A program made the translations under genes and the position numbers. 64,000 bases of DNA from Azolla caroliniana (Eukaryota; Plantae; Polypodiophyta): contig JBHGNT010000003.1 in NCBI GenBank assembly GCA_043228905.1, forward strand, positions 6,262,001-6,326,000. The letters run 5' to 3'. Position 1 is the first letter of the stretch. Each line of letters begins with the position of its first letter. Positions 55,561-64,000 of the stretch are shown one piece after another. Below the pieces are notes generated by a model. The model ran no database searches and had not been told where the DNA came from. It saw nothing but the letters and a program-made list of their open reading frames with translations.

Positions 55561-57559
55561 ATAGCTAGTCATTCCACTCCCCCCCCCCCCCCCCCCCTCT
55601 TCCGTTATACCTTCCAGAGCCCTGTCAAAACCACCGAACAAACATAGGCTTGCCTCATTTCAGGAGTGCATGTAAACCCCCCTTGATGATGAGTTTTTCG
55701 CATCCAACATTTCGGAGCTCGTAGAGATTGCCCCACAACAACTTCGGTTGAAATTGTGACACGATATGTCATCACATAAGTATCTTGTTTAAGACCTCGA
55801 TGACTCCTCCCTCCTCCAACATTTAGGCCTTGTTACATATGTCAAATGACAACCTTGATTGAAAATGTGGCTCACCTAAGTACCGATATATACATCCTCA
55901 ATGTCTCCTTCACCTCCTACATTTAGGCCTTATTGAGAGTATCAAACAACAATTGAAACGTGACACGTCTCTCACAAGGTCAAATATTCCTTTGGACATC
56001 CGTAATTAAGGCTTACTTTGTCTCTATAATCACAAGAAAGTAGTAGAAGTTGTTTCCCTCTTGGATATAACCATAGTTAAAAGTTTGCTTTGTCTCTAGA
56101 ATCACAAGAAAGTAATAGATCTTGTCTTCCCCTCTTGGGTAACCATTAGTTAAAGCTTGCTTTGTTTATTGAGCTTAAGAACATAGTCACACTACATAGA
56201 GAGAGAGAGAGAGAGAATTAAATATATCCTTTAACACCTCTTAGGAGACCATAATTACCGACAAGAACAAACAAGGGAGTGCATCTAAGATTTTTATCTC
56301 ATTTAGAGATAAGATAAAGCCCATTCGCTCAAGTATAACAATTATTGTTTGTCATGGGAAATGAAGAGCACTGTGGTAGTTGTTGAGCAAATCCATCTCT
56401 TGTGGTGGAACTAAAAATGGTAAACTAATATTTGGTTCCATGTTGAGATGAGCTCGATATGAGCCGTGTTGATGAAGGCATGTGAAGGGAGCTGAGGGAT
56501 CAATCACTTTGAATAAGTTGTTCCATGAGCGTGCCAATAGTTACCCATCAACTAAGTCGCCCGAGCTAGGGCGTCATATAACTAAGACGTCATTGGTCAC
56601 CATTTACTTGAAAACCTATAAACACATCATTTTAGAGCATTTGAGGCTCTAGATGTCCAACTCTTGAAAGCCATGTCACACTAATGAATGGATATATTTT
56701 CAAAAGAAAAAAAAAACACTCTTGAAAGCGAGGATCTTTAATGAATGCATCTATCTTAGTGCTTTAATGTCAACAATACATGGGCAAGAATCATATGCGA
56801 GAAGCCTATAAAAGCCTAATGTTTTGCAACATCAAGGGCTCTCTCTTTCATTAATAAAAATGTCAAATTGTATGTATCTCCTTCCTTTGTTACGCCACCC
56901 CATTGGGAGGCTAGAGCCATTGTAGTCAATGTTGGGCAAAGTTCTTGACATAGGGTAACCATGTCATGTGGGTTTGGAATTTGTCTCGTATGAATTTCTG
57001 GAAATTAGTTGATTTTATTTTCCCAGTTGGCTTTTATGTAGGTCGTTTTTACAAATTTTACTCTGAGATTCTTTTGCATGTCTGTGACTCGGGTATGACT
57101 CCACAATCACAAACTTCTTTTCTCTTATTTCGTGCTCACTCATTTCCGTCTATTAATTTTATTGAATCTCTAGTCACAGTGATGGTGACAATAAGAAAAT
57201 TGAAGTTTCCTTGTTGCTCGATGATGTGACTCTCAAGGTGTTCGTTGAGTAGCTCCTCAATATGCCCACACTCGAAGGCAACACAACTAATACCACTTGA
57301 TAAGCTTGCTTAATTTGTTTGAACTATTATTTGGTCACAAGGATCAATTGAAACAATAAAACAAGGTACAAGCTTACATATATTGGTCAACTTGTGGTTA
57401 TCATTCATATTATGAGATGGAATGGGCTTGGATAGATTGGAGGCCACTAAGGCCAATTGTGCTTGGATAGATTGGAGGGTTGCAACTAATTAGGAATTAG
57501 GCATGTTAATAGTTGTTGGTACTTTGTGCTCGGGGAAAGGGTGGAATCACAACGGGTTG

Positions 57560-60500
57560 TGTTACCGGCCGGCAAAGGAGTCCAGAGTGGGAAACGGAGA
57601 GCTAATTAAGTAGTAGGAATGTGGTTGTAATTAAGCTATGAGTGTGGACGGACGGACCGGAAACGGTATGTCGTTCCGGATCCGGACCGATCCCGAACAG
57701 GTGCGGATGGCACCGTGTTGTAATACAGACCGGAAACCTATTTAAAGGCCCGGATACAATGTAATAGTTAGCGGTTAATTAATGAAAGCTTAAGCGTTGT
57801 TATCTCTCTATGTTAATTGCCGTTCTGTCTTAATTGTTATATCTTACGCGTGTTATGAAAGACGATCCTAATAAGTAACTTAATTAAGTCGGATTAAGCA
57901 TTGAAGTCTAATCCGGTTGCCGTAACACCCTTTGGTGAAGTGTCTCCCATAGACACCCTGTGTTAGGCCATTGTCCGGCCCGAAGAGTTAACACAGTTTT
58001 TGGCGACCACGATTCCTGCTTTTGCAGCGAACGACGGCACAGATGGATGTCTAGATCAACGCACGACCTAGTTACGGATCAAACTCGACGCCTTGCCGAA
58101 AGGCAAAGGAGACACGAGGCTTTCTAGCAAGCGGCGCAGGAAATTAGAGCGGATCGCTCGTTTTCCAACGTAATCCGGAGAGTAGCGGAGGACTCCCTCT
58201 GGTTACAGCAAACATCGCACCCGGACGACGGCAACAGCCTAAGCAGCCTCCGGGAAACCGAATCCCTTCTCCACGCGTTGGCAAACGGAGAAGGCGAAGC
58301 AGAGGCCTTTCCAGCATATGAATCGGACTCCGAAGGGGAATACAGCGTGCACACGAACTACCGTAGCAGCAACGAAACCCCGGGCGGACCGGAGGACGAA
58401 GGATCGGATACCTTACCGACACCGGAACCGGAACCGGAAGTGCTAACGCTGGAACCCCCGGAACCAGCAGAGGAAGAACGACCTCTGACACCGGAAGTCG
58501 AAGAGGAGAGGCCTCCGTCACCAAAGGAAGAGAAACAACTAACACCGGAATCAAATCGGGAAAGACCACCGACACCGGAGAAAAATCCGGAACGAGCACC
58601 AACACTACCAGCCCACGCACCGATACCGGACGACGACATGCCGTTCCAGTACTCCAAGTATAGAGATGATTCGGACGCGGAAGCTCATGTGCACGCCTTT
58701 GAACAGACATGGGAAGCCAACCATGTGTCCCAGCGATTGACACCGGAGGAAGAAGAACGCTCTAAGATAGCGGAGTTTGGCGTCACATTGGAGGGACCGG
58801 CAGCAAGATGGCGCCGGATGCAGGACCCGTCTACCATCAACACCTTTGCAGATTTAAAAGCTAAATTCTTGCATTTTTTTCAAAAGGAGGTGGACCAGAC
58901 CGTAATGGTAGGCTTATTTTATAGCATCCGGCAAGAGGCAGGGGAGAGCATTCCCCAATTTGTCATTCGGTTTCAACGGATGCATAGCCAGCTTGCCCGT
59001 GCACCCCCGGAAAGAGGAATTACGGACGATATTCCTAAACGCGCTCCGGGAACCCCTACGCACAGTTTGCACGGTAATCGACTTCCGCACAAGTACCATC
59101 GACCAAGTCATTGACCGGGTGAGAGAGATGGAAAAGACAAGCTCCTGGCTCACACTGGGAGCACTTCAACGGGCGTTACCGTCCGATGAAGACCTCCGGT
59201 TTCGGCAAGCAATACAGTGCACAACCTGCTTGAATTCCGGACACTCGGCTCTAGAATGCACTATGAGGACGCAATGTGTAATCTGTCAATCCAAGAGCCA
59301 TACGACGGATAGGTGTGAGTATAATCTGTTGAATCGGCAAGCACCGCCCGTCCGACAAATTGAGCCACGCAGCAGCCGGGATGAAGAAGACGAACGCTGG
59401 CGGCGAATGGACCGTGACTGACCGGCACAAGATGTCCGGTATGGCGAGCAACGGGAAAATGATGTCCGGTATGGCGATCGACGGGAAAATGATGTCCGGT
59501 ACGGTGATCGGCGGGATAACTATGACCGGCATGATCGGTACCAGGATTACAATAGACGATACGAACATTACGACCGGGAGCACTCCCCCGGGTATCGTCA
59601 GCAACGGGAGGAATACGACAGATATAACGGGCAACCCCGTCAAGAGTACCATAATAAGAAGAGCTATAACAAAAAACGGCATTTTAAAAAAGGCGGCTAC
59701 CCCCGGGATCCGGAACAAGGAGCTCCAAGTAGCCAACCGGTACAAAACCCCGCGCGTACCGTAGGACCTGCCCCGGGTACAACAGACAATGCCGAATCTA
59801 GCAATACCCGGAAGGCCTACTGCTACTACTGCCGACAGGAAGGCCATTATAGTAACCAATGCCCAGTGAAGAGCTATGAAAAACGACCGACGGTAAATAT
59901 GGTAGTCCCTGAGGTGGCAGACCTGCAGTAGGTGACCACAAGGTCGAAGGGCATGGCCAAAGAATGGGAGACACAGGAGACCATCCGGAAACAAGCAACG
60001 GAATGGGTAAAGAAAGCAAACGAGCAAAATGTCACAGACTTACAGCAGCAAAAGGAGAACACCGCAGGGCTTGCCGGCGGCAGTCACTCCGAGAACGAGA
60101 CATGGCAGGCGTTGCAAGAATGCCAGATTACGTTACCACTGGGAAGACTCCTACAACTCGTGCCAAGATTCACGGAAGGACTGAAGACGGCCATGACGGC
60201 AGGAGAACCATCACCATCACCGGCACCGGTACTCTTCTCGAATCCGGAGGAGGGACCAACAATGGTAGACACCAGCAGTCCGGTAATCACTACCATTGTA
60301 AAAGGGAAAGAACTCCCCGGCACAGTTATAGACGGAGGCTCTGGGGTAAATGTAATAAGCCTCCGGACATGTGATGACCTAGGAATCCACGAGTGGGAGC
60401 CGTGTCCGTTCTGGTTGCGGATGGCCGATACAAGCTCAATGCGGCCGACAGGATTAATACGAAAATTAGAAGTCACCGTCGGCGGTCATACATTTCACAT

Positions 60501-61173
60501 CTCGGCCGTAGTGCTACAATTACAGGCACAAGGCGCATACCCACTATTGCTGGGGCGGCCATGGTTGAAAACGACACATATCAAACAAAATTGGCGAAAA
60601 AATATAATTACCTTCCGGCGAGGAAAAGCCAAGGTACGGGTACCAACACAGCCAAGGACGAGCACTGGCAAGGAATGTACACCGTTGTATGCGGAATGCG
60701 TCAACATGCTAGAAGGGTTAGCGGACGAAGAAGAAGCTCAATACTTGCAGGAAAACCCAAAGATCATACCCCTCTTCGAAATTGACATTGCCGAAGCAGT
60801 AGCACCATACTTACCGCAACCGGAAGAGGCGGAAGCAGAACCGGATAAAGACACAATCCGGGAGTTACGGCAAGCGCAGGAAGCGTTGGAACGGGAAATG
60901 GTCGTTTCACAGCGCGTAAAAGCATCGCAACTGGAAGAGGTGAATTTAGGCACCACGGACGAAGCAAAACCGGTGCACATCGCCAAGGAGATGAAGTCCG
61001 GAGACAAAACGGCGATGATAACACTTCTCACGGAATTTCGCGACATATTCGCTTGGTCATACGAAGACATGCGAGGACTCGACCCTCAGTTATACCAACA
61101 TCAAGTGCACTTGAGCAAGGACGCAAAACCAGTGGCACAAAGACGGTACCGGATGAATCCCAATTATGCCGCC
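57560..61173 (+). mobile_element. Ty3/gypsy LTR retrotransposon (5' LTR, PBS, disrupted gag-protease-start of RT region), non-chromovirus-like
   Basis: LTR TGTTA(57560)...TAACA(57993); PBS TGGCGACCAC 58001-58010 (complementary to a tRNA-Arg 3' end as I recall it); gag from ATG 58047 with retrotrans-gag motifs (LEGPAARW, TFADLKAKFL, IRQEAGESI..FV.RF), three CCHC knuckles, protease VIDGGSGVNVI and LLLGRPWL, then LLTEFRDIFAWSYEDMRGLDP...H.V.LSKDAKPVAQRRYRMNP. In-frame stops at 58125, 59419, 59929 and a frameshift near 59010. Confidence 0.93.
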
Positions 61174-61344
61174 TGTCGAATACATGTGTATAATGGACGT
61201 ATTCACACTATCCCGTTTTGGCCATTTATGTAATTAGCATAAAGGGTAGTTGCCCTAAGTCGGTCACTATATATAGTGACCTTGTAACCTTTTTGAAAGG
61301 TTGGGTGTTGTATTATTGCTTTATGGAATAAGAAGTCTTTTGTG

Positions 61345-61375
<31 letters not shown>

Positions 61376-64000
61376 GTGCAACGACCTACAATCTGTCATA
61401 CGCAGGTGCAGAAAAGAATCCATTGCTTCTTGATCTTCCGCATCGACACGGCCTTGTCTCCAACATCTGGTATCAGAGCGTGCACAGTAGTCGGTCCTTC
61501 AATCCGCTGTCGGCCGTCGTCTCAGCATTCGGTTTCCTGCGTCATTCGAAGAAGAGAGAAGAAGAAGAAAAAGAAAAAAAAACGAGGCTTGCATCTCCTC
61601 GCGTTAGATCCTCTTCGCTTGGAGTAAGCCAGCCGGTTGTACTCCGTTCCTTGTGATCGCAACGCTCGAGGTGAAATCCCCTTGTGCAACATTGACACGA
61701 TCGCGCTCCACTCGGTTAAACGGCATCCGAAAAGGTCATTAAACGCTGCTCGCCGCTCGTTGTAACCACTCGGTGCAGATCGGTCTCAAGACAACAACCC
61801 CAATTCGCGCTTCATCCGGCTGATCGACATTCGGGAGGATCAGTTGGATCTGTCTCTCTCGTCGCTGCAGCCACCCGAAGCAGAATCGGTCCAGATAATC
61901 GGTTTCAATAATCGGTATTCGGCATATATATTCGAAGCGAACCGGGCTCACTCCGACTCGGCAACATTCGGGAAGACCAGTCGGTTCTGTCCCTCAAGTT
62001 ACCGGAGTCAATTCGAGCAAGTTCCGAAGCCGAACCAACTCGGGTTCAAATCCGACTAGAACGATATCGGGTGAGCCAACCGGCTGCACTCCAACAAGGT
62101 TCGTAGTCAACTCCGAACCGAGCTTCGTCAACCGAAACCGAATTTGATGGCATCAACATCCGGCTCGTCAGAAATGAGTCTACGAAAGTTCGATGGATCG
62201 AACTTCAACTTCTGGAAGGAGCAAATGCAGGACTATCTCATAGTCAAGGGGCAAATCGATCCCATCGAAAATGAAGAACCTCCAGAAGGATACAAACCAA
62301 TTGAGTGGCAGAAGCTGGACAGAATTGTCCGCGCCACGATTCGGATGCACCTATCGGAATCGGTATACTTTACGGTGCAATCGTGTACGACAGCATTCGA
62401 ACTGTGGAAAACACTGTCGGACACTTACGAAAAGAAGGTCGCCGTAACGAAGATGTTTCTGATCCGGCGCCTCTACAACTTGCGGATGAAAGAATCCGAT
62501 TCGGTTCAAGCACACCTCAATGAGTACGAAAGCATAAGCTCCCAAATCTCGTCACAGGGGACGGCAATCGAGGATGAACTCAGAGCAATGATACTCATGA
62601 GCAGCCTTCCCTCATCATGGGAAACTTTCGTCACAACCGTGTGCAACGCGTCAACCACGGCTGTTAAATACTCCGAAGTCACGAGCGCAATCCTGACCGA
62701 AGCAGCTCGGAGAAAGTCTTTCGCCAAAGACTCAATAGACGACGCTTACGTAGTACAAGGTTCGACAGACCGATCGAACATACGAGGAAGAGACTCCTTA
62801 CGGCCGCCGAACAATCAGCGAAGACGGAGCCAGTCACGGGATAACCGAATCTGCAACTATTGCAAGAAACCCGGACACATCAAAGCCGACTGCCGCGCAC
62901 TCAAGAACAAGAACAACAAGAAGAGTGGCCGGCATGAGGAGATCAATTACGTCAGCTTCTCAGCTGATGTGCTACCAAACGACCCGAATATACTATCAAT
63001 CGAAAATCCAGTCGGATCAGAAGTTCTGCTCACGACTGAAGAATCGAGCACATGGCTCTTAGATTCGGGCGCGTCATTTCATGTGACTCCTCATCGATCC
63101 CAATTTCGGCAATATACGATCCGTCACTCCGACTCAGTTCGGGTCGGCAACTCACAACACTGTGACATCATCGGAATCGGCACAGTAGAGCTTAACCTTG
63201 CCGGTGGCTCTACACTTGTACTCCACAATGTCCGACATGTACCCGAGCTCTCAAGGCCATTGATCTCAGTCGGACAACTAGATGAAGACGGCATTCGTGC
63301 CGGTTTTTCTTCGGGAGGGTGGACACTCCACAGGGGGAACCTCCTGCTTGCTAGAGGACCCAAGATACACTCCCTGTATCCGTTACATGTTACGCTCAGA
63401 GAGGGTAACCTGTTTTTGGTGGATATTCCTGTGTCATCACTATGGCACCGAAGATTAGGACACCTCAGCAAGGCCGGCATCACGCACCTGTCTAGAGCCG
63501 GATACATCCCCAAACTCTCCTTCTCGGACCATCAATTCTGCGAGCATTGCCAGTATGGCAAACAAGCAGCCGCATCACACCCGACATCAGCACCAAGAGA
63601 AACGAGACCTCTTGATTTGGTCCACTCGGACGTCTGTGGCCCAATGCCGCATCAGTCACTCGGCGGTGCCTCTTACTTCGTCACTTTTATTGACGATTCG
63701 ACTCGAAAGGTGTGGGCTTATCCAATTCGCACCAAAGATCGGGTCTTCTCGATCTTCACCGATTGGCTCGCTATGGTGGAAAATCAAACCGACCGAAAGC
63801 TGAAATGCTTTCGGACAGACAATGGGGGAGAGTTTAAATCCGAAGAATTCGTCAAATTCTGCCGACAACGCGGCATCCGACGTGAATTTACGGCACCACA
63901 TAGTCCGGAGCAAAACGGGATTGCCGAACGCATGAATCGGACAATCCAAGAACGGACAGTTTCCATGCTCCAACACTCCGGACTGTCGGATGGCTTCTGG
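61174..64000 (+). mobile_element. Ty1/copia LTR retrotransposon nested in the gypsy pol region; truncated by window end
   Basis: LTR TGTCG(61174)...CAACA(61465), TATA-like ctatatatag at ~61267; PBS TGGTATCAGAGC (tRNA-iMet) 61468-61479; gypsy coding similarity stops at 61173. Confidence 0.95.
62147..64000 (+). CDS. Copia gag-protease-integrase polyprotein (partial, open to window end; Tnt1/Tork-like motifs)
   Basis: Not in the ORF track because no stop is reached. MASTSGSSEMSLRKFDGSNFNFWKEQMQDYL, ELWKTLSDTYEKK, LMSSLPSSWETFVTT, CNYCKKPGHIKADC, WLLDSGASFHVT, LWHRRLGHLS..CEHCQYGKQ, LDLVHSDVCGP, RTDNGGEF, PEQNGIAERMNRTI. Confidence 0.95.
   Translation, partial: MASTSGSSEMSLRKFDGSNFNFWKEQMQDYLIVKGQIDPIENEEPPEGYKPIEWQKLDRIVRATIRMHLSESVYFTVQSCTTAFELWKTLSDTYEKKVAVTKMFLIRRLYNLRMKESDSVQAHLNEYESISSQISSQGTAIEDELRAMILMSSLPSSWETFVTTVCNASTTAVKYSEVTSAILTEAARRKSFAKDSIDDAYVVQGSTDRSNIRGRDSLRPPNNQRRRSQSRDNRICNYCKKPGHIKADCRALKNKNNKKSGRHEEINYVSFSADVLPNDPNILSIENPVGSEVLLTTEESSTWLLDSGASFHVTPHRSQFRQYTIRHSDSVRVGNSQHCDIIGIGTVELNLAGGSTLVLHNVRHVPELSRPLISVGQLDEDGIRAGFSSGGWTLHRGNLLLARGPKIHSLYPLHVTLREGNLFLVDIPVSSLWHRRLGHLSKAGITHLSRAGYIPKLSFSDHQFCEHCQYGKQAAASHPTSAPRETRPLDLVHSDVCGPMPHQSLGGASYFVTFIDDSTRKVWAYPIRTKDRVFSIFTDWLAMVENQTDRKLKCFRTDNGGEFKSEEFVKFCRQRGIRREFTAPHSPEQNGIAERMNRTIQERTVSMLQHSGLSDGFW

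Noticed and set aside
59929-59931. TAG between gag knuckle and protease as a programmed read-through stop
   Set aside because: Context TAG-GTG lacks the CARYYA read-through signal and the element has other disabling stops and a frameshift.

Overview
Eukaryotic, land-plant nuclear DNA (AT-rich spliceosomal introns, microsatellites, plant LTR retrotransposons; a non-seed plant such as a fern is my inference, not proven). I assembled six protein-coding genes by hand from splice sites and reading frames: an ALDH3-family aldehyde dehydrogenase (+, 10 exons), HOP/STI1 co-chaperone (+, 8 coding exons, perfect heat-shock element, one GC-AG intron), an uncharacterised ~1094-aa protein (+; ubiquitin-like-looking N-domain, long acidic/Lys-rich disordered body, C-terminal C2HC finger), a TM-SMP-C2 synaptotagmin-like protein (-, 6 exons), an intronless ERO1 (+) and a Sec23/Sec24-family protein (-, 14 exons). 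The last 6.4 kb is a decayed Ty3/gypsy element interrupted by an apparently intact Ty1/copia element that runs off the window. Non-coding DNA is full of microsatellites and local tandem duplications, many with 150-200 bp periods. Best leads: the orphan protein and its possible zinc-finger-less isoform, the intronless ERO1 lacking a usually conserved Cys pair, and the recurrent nucleosome-sized duplications. No prokaryotic-type system, CRISPR array, rRNA or tRNA gene was seen.
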